DNA of 64,000 nt, taken from positions 576,001-640,000 of the forward strand of contig CBDCVR010000014.1 in assembly GCA_965223155.1 (NCBI GenBank), read 5' to 3'. The DNA comes from Candidatus Multivoradales bacterium (GTDB lineage Bacteria > Acidobacteriota > Thermoanaerobaculia > Multivoradales > JAHEKO01). The notes beneath the pieces were generated by a model that was given only the letters and a program-made list of their open reading frames with translations, was not told where the DNA came from and did no database searches. How positions within the stretch are numbered: position 1 is the stretch's first letter; every line of letters starts with the position of its first letter. The position numbers and the translations under genes were made by a program. Of the stretch, positions 49,407 through 58,114 are shown piece by piece.

Positions 49407-50903
49407 ATGACTCTGATGACCGAAACCGAACCGAAAGCCCGAGCCGAAGAATCGGCTCGCCCCCTCTACAAGGTCGCCGACCTCAACCTGGCCGAGGCCG
49501 GCCGCAAGGAGATTCGCCTGGCCGAGCACGAAATGCCCGGACTCATGGCGCTGCGCGCGAAGTACGCCGAGACCAAGCCGCTGGCCGGCGCCAAGATCAT
49601 GGGCTCGCTCCACATGACCGTCCAGACCGCGGTCCTGATCGAGACCCTGACCGACCTGGGCGCCGACGTGCGTTGGGTGTCTTGCAACATCTTCTCGACC
49701 CAGGATCCGGCGGCCGCCGCGGTCGTGGTCGGCCGGCCCGAGACCGGCGGCACCGTCGAGAGCCCGGCCGGCACGCCGGTCTTCGCCTGGAAGGGCGAGA
49801 CCCTCGAAGAGTACTGGTGGTGCACCAAGGAGGCTCTGGCTTGGCCGGACGGCAGCGGCCCGGACCTCATCGTGGACGACGGCGGCGACGCCACGCTTCT
49901 GGTGCACAAGGCCCGCGAGTTCGAGCAGGCCGGTGCCGTGCCCGCGTTCGACGCCGACAACGAACCGGAGGAGTGGGGCATCATTCTGGACACCATCCGT
50001 GGCGAGTTGGCTGAGAACCCCGGCCGCTGGACCGCCATCGCCGACGGCATCCAGGGCGTCTCCGAGGAGACCACGACCGGCGTCCACCGGCTCTACCAGA
50101 TGGCCACCGAGGGCTCGCTGCTCTTCCCGGCGATCAACGTCAACGACTCCGTGACCAAGTCCAAGTTCGACAACGTCTACGGCTGCCGCCATTCGGTGGT
50201 GGATGGCCTCAACCGGGCCACGGACGTCATGATCGGCGGCAAGGTCGCCGTGGTCTGCGGCTACGGCGAGGTCGGCAAGGGCTGCGCCCAGGCCCTTCGC
50301 GGCCAGGGCGCGCGCGTGGTGGTGACCGAGATCGATCCCATCTGCGCTCTGCAGGCCGCGATGGAAGGCTACGAGGTCACCACCCTCGAGGACGTCCTCG
50401 AGGAAGGCGACATCTTCGTCACCACAACCGGCAACTTCGACATCATCACCGCCGAGCACATGGCGCGCATGAAGGACAAGGCCATCGTCTCCAACATCGG
50501 CCACTTCGACAACGAGATCGACATCGCCGGGCTCAAGAAGATGGACGGCGTCAGCGCCGAGAGCATCAAGCCGCAGTACGACGAGTGGAACTTCCCGGAC
50601 GGGCACTCGGTCCTCATTCTGGCCGAGGGTCGGCTGATGAACCTGGGCTGCGCCACCGGCCATCCCTCGTTCGTCATGTCGGCGTCGTTCACCAATCAGG
50701 TGCTGGCCCAGATCGATCTCTGGGCCAATCGCGGCGCCTACGAGAACCAGGTCATGATGCTCCCCAAGAAGCTGGACGAAGAGGTCGCCCGCCTGCACCT
50801 CGACCAGCTCGGCGTCCGGCTCACCCGCCTGACGAAGGAGCAGGCCGACTACATCGGCGTCGACGTGGACGGCCCGTACAAGCCCGACCACTACCGCTAC
50901 TAG
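49407..50903 (+). CDS. ahcY: Adenosylhomocysteinase
   Basis: [65 protein letters not shown]. Confidence 0.99.
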   Translation: MTLMTETEPKARAEESARPLYKVADLNLAEAGRKEIRLAEHEMPGLMALRAKYAETKPLAGAKIMGSLHMTVQTAVLIETLTDLGADVRWVSCNIFSTQDPAAAAVVVGRPETGGTVESPAGTPVFAWKGETLEEYWWCTKEALAWPDGSGPDLIVDDGGDATLLVHKAREFEQAGAVPAFDADNEPEEWGIILDTIRGELAENPGRWTAIADGIQGVSEETTTGVHRLYQMATEGSLLFPAINVNDSVTKSKFDNVYGCRHSVVDGLNRATDVMIGGKVAVVCGYGEVGKGCAQALRGQGARVVVTEIDPICALQAAMEGYEVTTLEDVLEEGDIFVTTTGNFDIITAEHMARMKDKAIVSNIGHFDNEIDIAGLKKMDGVSAESIKPQYDEWNFPDGHSVLILAEGRLMNLGCATGHPSFVMSASFTNQVLAQIDLWANRGAYENQVMMLPKKLDEEVARLHLDQLGVRLTRLTKEQADYIGVDVDGPYKPDHYRY

Positions 50904-50992
50904 GCCGATCGTCGTCACAAGAGATCTGGTGCCAAGGTTCGGCCAGCCGTATGGTCCGGCGAGCCGCGCGGATCGGCTTCCCGACATCCACG

Positions 50993-51026
50993 AGGGCGCG
51001 GGGCCAAAGCCCCGCGCCCTTTCTTC
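50993..51026 (+). terminator. Rho-independent terminator after ahcY
   Basis: AGGGCGCGGGGC-CAAA-GCCCCGCGCCCT (12-bp stem) followed by TTCTTC. Confidence 0.85.
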
Positions 51027-51060
51027 TGTGCCCCGTCCGCGCGGCCCGCGACGCCTGGCC

Positions 51061-51543
51061 TCAGTCGAGCTCGCGCAATTCCAGGCGGCGGATCCGCCAC
51101 TCCCCCGCCTCACGCACCATCCGCGCCTCGACCGGGTAGAGCTCGGTTCCCGCCAGGTCTCCGAGGTCGTTGACGAAGGTCACGGTCGCAAAGACCCGGG
51201 CGTGCTCCTTGCCCTCCAGCAACACCTCCATCGGCCCCAGTGACACCACCAGGCTCCGCGAGCGCGAGCGGTAGGCCAGGATGGCGCGGATGAGATCCTG
51301 GCGGTTCGAAGTGGCGTAGCCCTCGGGCTCGGCTTCGAGTAGGAATTCGCCGGCAAAGAGATCCGCGATCTTGCGCGCCCGACCTGCCCCCTCGAGCTCG
51401 CTCTCGAACGGCGACTTGGTGCCGAGCTCGGCCAGCTCCTCGAGCTGCCGCGCGATCGCTCGCTCAGGACTCGACCACGCGCCCCAGGCCAGCCACAGAC
51501 CCACCGCCACCGAGACCACGACCAAGAGCGTGCGCGGGGTCAT
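51061..51543 (-). CDS. Membrane-anchored NTF2/SnoaL-like protein
   Basis: C-terminal part of ORF 51061..52032 from MTPRTLL; one TM; ends ARMVREAGEWRIRRLEL; ATGA overlap with the upstream gene. Confidence 0.75.
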   Translation of the reverse strand: MTPRTLLVVVSVAVGLWLAWGAWSSPERAIARQLEELAELGTKSPFESELEGAGRARKIADLFAGEFLLEAEPEGYATSNRQDLIRAILAYRSRSRSLVVSLGPMEVLLEGKEHARVFATVTFVNDLGDLAGTELYPVEARMVREAGEWRIRRLELRELD

Positions 51544-52778
51544 CGCTGCCTCGAGCTCTGAGCCGCTTGGGATGCTGGAGCTGGCTGAGATGGCTGAGAT
51601 GGCCGAGACGACCGAACGGGCCGGTCCGGGCCGGCGCGCCAGCCAAGTAGGCGCAGGTAGCTGCCGGGACGCGACACCAGGGAGCGCACCGAGCGGGTGC
51701 CGGCGAAGACATCGGCCATGACCTCGCACAGCTCGTCGCGAAAGCGGCCCAAGGCCCGACGGCGCAGGCGGGGGTGGCGGTAGAGCGCTTGCGCCAGCCA
51801 GCGCGCCGAGCGCAGCTCGGGCAGCAGGTGCCGTTCCAGGCTTCGCTCGTAGGTTCGCTCGACCCCTCCGGGTCCCGGCCGGGCCACCGCCTCGGCCGCC
51901 AGCCGTCCGGACAGGACGGCGTTGCTGATCCCCTCGCAGGCGATCGGATCGGCCAGGCCGGCGGCATCGCCCGTCAAGAGGACGCCGTCGCGAGCGAGGC
52001 TCCGCGCCCGGGGCCGTACCGGGATCACCCAACCGCGATCGGCGCGCTCCGCGATCGGTTCCAGAGCCAGGAACTCCAGGTACCGGTCGAGCGAGCTCCT
52101 GAGCGGCGGATTCGGACGGCGGTCGGTTGACATGCAGCCGACCGAAAGATGCCCGGCCTTGGGAAAGACCCAGGCGTAGCCGGCCGGCACCGGGCCGAAG
52201 TCGAAGCGCGCGGTGCCCGCGAAGCGCGCGTGGACCGCGGGCGGAACCCGGATCTCGCTCTCGATGGCGGGCACCAGGTGGCGATGACGAGGCCAGCCCG
52301 CGGCTCGGGCCACCGGGCTCGAGGCTCCGTCGGCGGCGATCAGCCAGCGAGCGCGGCGCTCCTCCCTGTCGGTGCGCACGATCCAGCCACCGCCGGTCCG
52401 GCGCGACAGTCCCTCGACAGTCGTCGGCGCATCGAGCTCAGCTCCCGCAGCCACCGCGGCCTCGACCAGATATCGATCGAAGTCCGCCCGCATCATCATC
52501 CCGACCCGGGCGTCGTCGCGCTCGACCGTTGCCGGCCGGTCCGAGTCCGCCAGATGGAGCTCGAGCCGCTTGCAGCTCGTCTCGAGCGCGGGCGACACGT
52601 CCAAGTCCAGATGGCGCAACGCCCGGCCCACCAGGCCGCCGCCGCAGGTCTTGTACCGGGGCGGCCTGGCCCGGTCGATCAGGGTCACTTCCCTGCCGCC
52701 TTCCGCCAGCACCCGCGCGCAGGTGGCGCCGGCGGGGCCGGCTCCGACCACGATCACGCTCCCGATCGAGGCGTTCAT
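51540..52778 (-). CDS. Geranylgeranyl reductase-family FAD oxidoreductase
   Basis: VIVVGAGPAG, PRYKTCGGGL, RADFD, AADGASS, GYAWVFPK, LTGDAAGLADPIACEGI. Start re-called at ATG 52778. Confidence 0.92.
   Translation of the reverse strand: MNASIGSVIVVGAGPAGATCARVLAEGGREVTLIDRARPPRYKTCGGGLVGRALRHLDLDVSPALETSCKRLELHLADSDRPATVERDDARVGMMMRADFDRYLVEAAVAAGAELDAPTTVEGLSRRTGGGWIVRTDREERRARWLIAADGASSPVARAAGWPRHRHLVPAIESEIRVPPAVHARFAGTARFDFGPVPAGYAWVFPKAGHLSVGCMSTDRRPNPPLRSSLDRYLEFLALEPIAERADRGWVIPVRPRARSLARDGVLLTGDAAGLADPIACEGISNAVLSGRLAAEAVARPGPGGVERTYERSLERHLLPELRSARWLAQALYRHPRLRRRALGRFRDELCEVMADVFAGTRSVRSLVSRPGSYLRLLGWRAGPDRPVRSSRPSQPSQPAPASQAAQSSRQR
51582..51608. repeat. 9-bp tandem repeat (TGGCYGAGA)x3 in the C-terminal tail of the reductase
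   Basis: Read directly from the sequence. Confidence 0.8.
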
Positions 52779-52833
52779 CGCAATGCCGCTTGCCAGGCGG
52801 TCTCGGACCGAGGCGCCGGAACTCCGAGGCTCG

Positions 52834-53688
52834 TCAGGTTCCGACCCCCAGCTCTTCGACCCGAAACTCGTAGCGGGCCCCGCAGAACGAACACGTGGTC
52901 TCGATCTCGGTCCCGTCCTCGACCAGGTGGTCGCGATCTTCCTGGGGAAGCAGCGCGAGCGCATCCAGGAAGCGCTCGCGGCGGCACCGGCAACGGTACT
53001 CCAGCTCCTGGCGCTCCAGCAGCTCGACATCGAAGTCTCGAAATACGGAAGCCACCAGACCCGAGACGCCCTTCGCCTCCAGGATCCGGCTGACGCCTTC
53101 GAGCGCCGCCAGATTCGCCTCCAGCCCGGAAACGTCTTCGTCCGGCGTCCCGGGTAACGCTTCGACGACCAGACCGCCGGCCGCCCCGATACCCAGCGGC
53201 TTGGGCAAGACGCCCAGTAGCACCGCCGAGCGGATCTGCCGGCTCTGTTCCAGATAGTGCGCCAGATCGTCACCGATCTCGCTGGTGGTCAGGGCCACTC
53301 GGCTGGTGTACCGCTTGCCCTCCCTCTCGCGCGTCACGTGCAGGAAGCCCTTGCCGATCGCGTCCGCGATCCGGATCTTGTCCGCCTCCGGAGTTTCCAG
53401 CAACGGGTTGCCGATCGTCCCGCGCAGAGCGCCGCCGCCCTCGACCTCGGCCCGGACCGTACCCGCGGGCCCGTCACCCCGTGCCTCGAGAATAAGCCGC
53501 GCGGGCACCTTGAAGGAGAGACGGGACAAGAGCACCGCGCCGGTCAAGAGGCGGCCCAAGGCCACCGCCGCCACCGGCGAAAGATCCAGACGCCGGCGGG
53601 CTTCTTCGAGAACGAAGGCACTGTCCACGGCCACCCAGCGAAAGGCGCCCCGGGCTCCGAGCCCCGTCTGCAAGAAGGACCGTTCCAC
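52834..53688 (-). CDS. hslO: Hsp33 redox-regulated chaperone
   Basis: ALGRLLTGA, GDGPAG, EIGDDLAHYLEQS.QI.S, AAGGL..EALP; zinc switch CRC...CSFC. Confidence 0.95.
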   Translation of the reverse strand: MERSFLQTGLGARGAFRWVAVDSAFVLEEARRRLDLSPVAAVALGRLLTGAVLLSRLSFKVPARLILEARGDGPAGTVRAEVEGGGALRGTIGNPLLETPEADKIRIADAIGKGFLHVTREREGKRYTSRVALTTSEIGDDLAHYLEQSRQIRSAVLLGVLPKPLGIGAAGGLVVEALPGTPDEDVSGLEANLAALEGVSRILEAKGVSGLVASVFRDFDVELLERQELEYRCRCRRERFLDALALLPQEDRDHLVEDGTEIETTCSFCGARYEFRVEELGVGT

Positions 53689-53732
53689 GGCGCAAGCTTA
53701 CTCGGTGGCACGGTACAGTGCCGCTCAGGTCG

Positions 53733-54425
53733 ATGCGCTTCGAAACCCGGGTCAAACAGGCGATCTACGAGTACCTCGCGCGCGAGGCGCGGGCGCCCGA
53801 GCTGGCCGAGGTCGCCAGGCTCCTGGACACCGATCACGCCTCGGTCCGGGCCGCCTACGCCGAGCTCGCGGCCCAGCGCCTGCTGGTTCTCGAAGAGGAC
53901 GGCGTCTCGATTCGAATGGCGCCTCCCTTTTCGGGAGTCCCTACGCAGCACGTGGCCCACGTCGGTGGCCGCAGCTACTTCGCCAACTGCGCTTGGGACG
54001 TCTTCGGAATCGTCGCCGCCTTGGGCTCGGACGGACGGGTAGGGTCGCGCTGCGAGCAGTCGGGCGAGCCCCTGGAGCTCAATCTCACCGCCGCCGGCCC
54101 GGACGACCGCTTCGCCGACGGCTCGTGGCGCTTCCACTGCGCGCTCCCGGCCCGCCACTGGTGGGACGACATCGTCTACACGTGAAGCACCATGCTGTTC
54201 TTCCGGTCGGAAGACGACGTCGCAACCTGGTGCCGAGCGGCGGGAATCCCGGTGGGACCTACCACCAACCTGGCACAGCTCTGGGGACTTGCGCATGCCT
54301 GGTATGCGAACCGCCTGGAACCCGAGGCCGTCCGTCCAAGCGCCGAAGAGATCCCCGGGATCTTTCGGAATCTGGGCCTCACCGAAGACTTCTGGAACCC
54401 CCTGGCAAACAACCCGGTCCTCTGA
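53733..54425 (+). CDS. merB: MerB-like organomercurial (alkylmercury) lyase; probable selenoprotein with UGA at 54183-54185 (residue 151 of 230)
   Basis: ORFs 53718..54185 and 54192..54425 share a frame and are joined by TGA AGC ACC. N-terminal winged helix, MAPPFS, FANCAWD (Cys/Asp), SRC, then WWDDIVYT-U-STMLFFRSE, then LAHAWYANRL. The symbol denotes family only. Confidence 0.85.
54197..54215 (+). promoter_or_regulatory. Bacterial SECIS element GTTCTTCCGGTCGGAAGAC
   Basis: The hairpin begins 11 nt after the UGA, has a bulged U at +17 and an apical GGUC. This is the geometry of the E. coli fdhF SECIS with one extra base pair. Confidence 0.8.
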
Positions 54426-54486
54426 GCCGTAGGAACCGTATCCCGAGTATCGACGGTCCGACCGATCCCCCACCGAGAACCCAACG

Positions 54487-55256
54487 ATGAAACCACCCGA
54501 CAGAGCCATCCGACAGAACCATCGGATCGAACGGAGCACACCCCGAGAGCGCACCGGTCCGACGTCCAGCGCCTCGTCTCCGAGACGCCGATCCGGGGTT
54601 CCGGCCGTGGTCCTGGTCTTGCTGGCCAGCGCCCTGTCCACGGCGGCCGCCCAGGAGGCTCCGGACGGCTCGAACGGAGAGACTCCGCCGCCGGTCCTGG
54701 CCTCCTTCGAGCTCGCCGCCGGCAGCTCGGCTCCGCGTCCCGGTCAGGTCGTCGGCCACCGCGGCGGCGCCGTTTCCCTCCGGACCTCCGATGCCGACGG
54801 CGTGTTCGTGGCGGCCGAGGCGGCGGACACGGCCGAGACCCCCGCGCCGATCGGGTCACGCCGGGTTCCCGTGCTCCTGCTCGGCCGCACCGCGGTCCGT
54901 GTCTCAGGGCCGGTCGCGGCCGGGGACTTCCTGGTCCCGAGCGGTCGGGATGACGGCCTGGCCAGGGCCGTGGCTCCGGGCCAGATGCGCGCCGAAGACG
55001 CCGGGCGGATCCTGGGCAGGGCGCTTGCCGCCTCGCAAGGCCGGAACCGGGTCCAGGCTCTCGTCGGCTTCCCGCCCTGGGTCTTTGGGCCGAGCTCCTC
55101 AGGGCTCGCGATGCCGAGATCGCCGACCTCAAGACCCTGGTGACCGACCATGCCCGGCAGACGGTCGACTTCGCCGCCCGCCTGGCGATTCTGGAGGCCT
55201 GGCGCGATACCGTCGAGGGCCGCGATCTGGCTCCCGTCCCGCCGGAAGAGGACTGA
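54487..55256 (+). pseudogene. Secreted Peptidase_G2/intramolecular-chaperone-like domain plus coiled coil, interrupted by a -1 frameshift near 55068
   Basis: VPVLLLGRTAVRVSGPVAAGDFLVPSGRDDGLARAV...GRILGRAL. The -1 frame continues LPALGLWAELLRARDAEIADLKTLVTDHARQTVDFAARLAILEAW...EED* to 55256. Confidence 0.6.
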
Positions 55257-55291
55257 CCCCGCAACTAGAAACCGAAGCCCAAGGAGTCGAA

Positions 55292-55765
55292 ATGCTGCAC
55301 CCCATTCGAAAGTTCGTCCCCAGGTCCCTTGGTCGGGCCCTCGGTACCGCCGTCGCGCTCGCCCTCGTGCTGGGGACTCTGCCCGTCGCGGCGCTCGAGG
55401 ACGAGACCGCGCCCAGCCAAACGGCGCCCAGCCAGACGGTACCCAGCCAGACCCTGAGCGGCACCTACATGTCCCAGTTCCAGGACGCGCCCGAGCACCT
55501 GCGAGCCGTCTTTACCGAAACCGAGGAAACCGGCGAGTGGACCGTGGTCTTCTATTTCAAGTTCAACGGCAAGAACCACGAATATGCCGGCACCGCGAGC
55601 GGCAGCCTGAGCGAAGGCCCGCTCCAAGGCACCGTCCACAACGAATCCGGCCGCCGCTCGTTCACGTTCGACGGCGATGTGGCCGAAGGCACGTTCCGAG
55701 GCGAGACCGCCGAGACCACCCGCGGCCGTCGCCGGGACACCGGCACCTTGATCCTCGGCAGCTAG
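55292..55765 (+). CDS. Small secreted beta-strand-rich hypothetical protein
   Basis: AAGGAG ribosome-binding site, ATG 55292, signal peptide ending VAA, beta-rich mature domain. Confidence 0.8.
   Translation: MLHPIRKFVPRSLGRALGTAVALALVLGTLPVAALEDETAPSQTAPSQTVPSQTLSGTYMSQFQDAPEHLRAVFTETEETGEWTVVFYFKFNGKNHEYAGTASGSLSEGPLQGTVHNESGRRSFTFDGDVAEGTFRGETAETTRGRRRDTGTLILGS
55406..55450. repeat. 15-bp tandem repeat x3, encoding TAPSQ-TAPSQ-TVPSQ
   Basis: Read directly from the sequence. Confidence 0.85.
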
Positions 55766-55860
55766 CCTCTAGCTCTCGCCGAGGTTCGGCCCTTGGTCGG
55801 AAACGACAACCAAGAGTCACGAATCAGCGCTGCCAGCCTCGGAACCGCCCGGGCACCGGC

Positions 55861-56826
55861 CTAGCCACTGGCACCCGCTGACGGCAGTGGGAAGATCCGC
55901 TCCGTCCACTCTTCGATCGCCAACCGCGTCTCATCCGGCGCCTCGGTCAAGGGCCAATGGTTGGCGCCAAGAGTGACCACCTCGGCCGCGGCAAACCGCC
56001 TGATCTCCTCTCGGGTCACGGCGGCATCGGCCATGGTGCTCGACCCCGACAGCAGCACCAGCACGGGACAGCGAATCGTTTCGAGCGGCGGCGGCTCCGA
56101 GACCACGGCCAGCACCTGGCGCAAGTAATTCGCCACCGGCGTGTGTCGCAGGATCGGCCCGAGGGCGCCGTAGCGTTTCGCGATCCCCGCGACCGTCTCG
56201 CCGCCGGCGAGATCGGCACGAGTGGCTTCGTCCAGGGCTCGAATGTCCCGGTTGGGAATCGTCCGCCGGTAGAGGCCCAGGTGATTGAGCCCGGCAATGG
56301 TGGCAGCGGCGATCCCCACCAGCCAGCGCAGCCGGCGCAACCGGCGGTACTTGCCCCGCAGCGCGCGCCGGAAGACCGGGTCGAGCAGTACCAGCCCGGC
56401 AACCCGCATGGGCGCCTCGTGCGCAATCCTCATCGCAATCTGAGCTCCCAGGCTATGCCCCACGACCGGCACCCGGTCCAACCCCTCCCGGTCCAGAACG
56501 GCGAGCTGGTCCCGGCTCCAGGCCGCCAGGGTCTGGCCGGAACGGGTCATCGACTCGCCGTTGCCCCGAAGATCCGGAGCGATCAGGGTCCGGTCCCGTC
56601 GAAGCCGGGTCCGTTCCGCGAATTCGGACCAGCGCGTGTGATTGCTGGCCGCGCCGTGCAGCAGCAACACCGCCGGCCTGGCAACTACAGGCTTGGCGAC
56701 CTCGGGCCCGCCATCCCCGGCAGGCTGGCCTGGCTCAGATCGGTCGGCTGGCTCGGCAAGCCAGTAGCGAAGCTCGACGCCGTCGGCCCTCGTGAGCGAG
56801 ACGACTCGGTTCCATTCGCGAGACAT
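55861..56826 (-). CDS. Alpha/beta hydrolase
   Basis: LLLHGAAS, APDLRGNG, VGHSLGA, catalytic His in ANHWP; GGAGG ribosome-binding site. Confidence 0.9.
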   Translation of the reverse strand: MSREWNRVVSLTRADGVELRYWLAEPADRSEPGQPAGDGGPEVAKPVVARPAVLLLHGAASNHTRWSEFAERTRLRRDRTLIAPDLRGNGESMTRSGQTLAAWSRDQLAVLDREGLDRVPVVGHSLGAQIAMRIAHEAPMRVAGLVLLDPVFRRALRGKYRRLRRLRWLVGIAAATIAGLNHLGLYRRTIPNRDIRALDEATRADLAGGETVAGIAKRYGALGPILRHTPVANYLRQVLAVVSEPPPLETIRCPVLVLLSGSSTMADAAVTREEIRRFAAAEVVTLGANHWPLTEAPDETRLAIEEWTERIFPLPSAGASG

Positions 56827-56975
56827 CGCCTCCTAGGATAGAGGGCCTCGCCGGGTACCGCCAAAGTCCGAGCCGGCCGCCGAGTAGCCCGACCTGTCGT
56901 CCGCTCTCTCGCCTAGCCGAGAAACCGTCGGCCGGGCGTGCCGGAGCCGGCACCCGCGTCTGATAGATTTTCGCT

Positions 56976-58043
56976 ATGCAGCCGAGCCGAACGACGATGC
57001 ACCTGGCACTTGCCGGAATGATTCTCCTCGCCACGGGGGCCGCGACAGCGGCGGGCCTCGACTACACGAAGATCGTCGAGAACTCCGAGGGAGTCTCGTC
57101 CTTCACGGACGGAACCTTGCCGCTCGAGGCGCGCCCGGATCTGGCCCAGGTGTTCGCGGGCGGCGCGGGCGCGGTCGAGGGACTCCGCTTTCTCCAAGTC
57201 GGGGCCGGCGTGGAGCTCGACTTCCACGCCTCGCCGCGCCGGCAATGGGTGTTGATTCTCTCCGGCACCGTGGTCATCGGCACCGGAGACGGGGACTCGA
57301 GGACCCTGGGGGCCGGGAGCATTCTCTGGCTCGAGGACGTCGAGGGGCGGGGCCACAGCGCCCGTTTTGCGGAGAACACGTTGATGGCGTTGGTGCCGGC
57401 GAGCACCTCGGCCGGACACCCCATAGTGGCCGCCGAGACCGAACCGCCGGCCGCCCGGGACCACGCGCCGGTCGAGGACGCCGGCGCGGACCCGGCACCG
57501 AGTGCCGCCGCAACCGCGCCGATAGCCCCAACCCCTGATTCCCAGCCGCCTGCCCGAGTCGTGGAGGGAGAGCCTGCCGAGGCCGGCGAGCGAGCAGTAC
57601 CAGCAGAGCCGGCGGAAGAGGCGGAGCCGGCCCGGACGCTCTCCGGCTTGGTGCTGGTGGGCAGTTTCGGCACGCCGTTCTCGGCCGCCGAGGAGACCGG
57701 GATCAAGGTCCAGGACGCGCTCGCCGAGGCCGGCGTCGAAACCCGTTTCTTCACCAGCGCCGCCGAAGCCCTACGGGGTGACGACGCGGTACTTGCCCTG
57801 CTGATCAAAGAGGCTCGGGAAGCGGGCGCGGACTCGGTTCTCTGGGTGCGAAGCCGTTGGGGGTTTCGCGAGTTCGTCCAGATCTCGGCCTTCCGGGTCG
57901 CGGACGGATCGCTCCTCTGGAAAGAAAAGGTCACCGGCGGGCTGGCGCACCGGTCCGAGGAGATCACGCCGGTGATCCTGGACAAGGCCCTGGCCAAGCT
58001 GGCGCCTCGCATCGGCGGTCCCGGCCTGCCGGTCAGCCAATAG
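56976..58043 (+). CDS. Secreted cupin-domain protein fused by a Pro/Ala/Glu linker to a C-terminal alpha/beta domain
   Basis: Signal peptide; DFHASPRRQWVLILSG...LEDVEGRGHSA (cupin); low-complexity linker; C-terminal AREAGADSVL...GSLLWK. Confidence 0.72.
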   Translation: MQPSRTTMHLALAGMILLATGAATAAGLDYTKIVENSEGVSSFTDGTLPLEARPDLAQVFAGGAGAVEGLRFLQVGAGVELDFHASPRRQWVLILSGTVVIGTGDGDSRTLGAGSILWLEDVEGRGHSARFAENTLMALVPASTSAGHPIVAAETEPPAARDHAPVEDAGADPAPSAAATAPIAPTPDSQPPARVVEGEPAEAGERAVPAEPAEEAEPARTLSGLVLVGSFGTPFSAAEETGIKVQDALAEAGVETRFFTSAAEALRGDDAVLALLIKEAREAGADSVLWVRSRWGFREFVQISAFRVADGSLLWKEKVTGGLAHRSEEITPVILDKALAKLAPRIGGPGLPVSQ

Positions 58044-58114
58044 AGTCCGCGCGGACCACGGCTCCTGTCCCGGCGCAAACGGGCTTCGCTGCCCACACCG
58101 GCCGCCGCGCGCGA

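Noticed and set aside
11401-52778. Hopanoid/carotenoid cluster (SQS-like gene plus geranylgeranyl reductase)
   Set aside because: The genes are about 40 kb apart and the synthase-like gene lacks catalytic motifs.
53718-54425. merB as a nonsense pseudogene or as two separate small genes
   Set aside because: The stop is TGA exactly at the expected catalytic Cys, the frame is preserved, and a correctly spaced SECIS-like hairpin follows. Sec recoding explains this better, though selABCD cannot be verified in this window.
54487-55765. Prophage remnant suggested by the G2-like tail-chaperone domain
   Set aside because: The protein has a signal peptide, and no phage structural, integrase or lysis genes are nearby.
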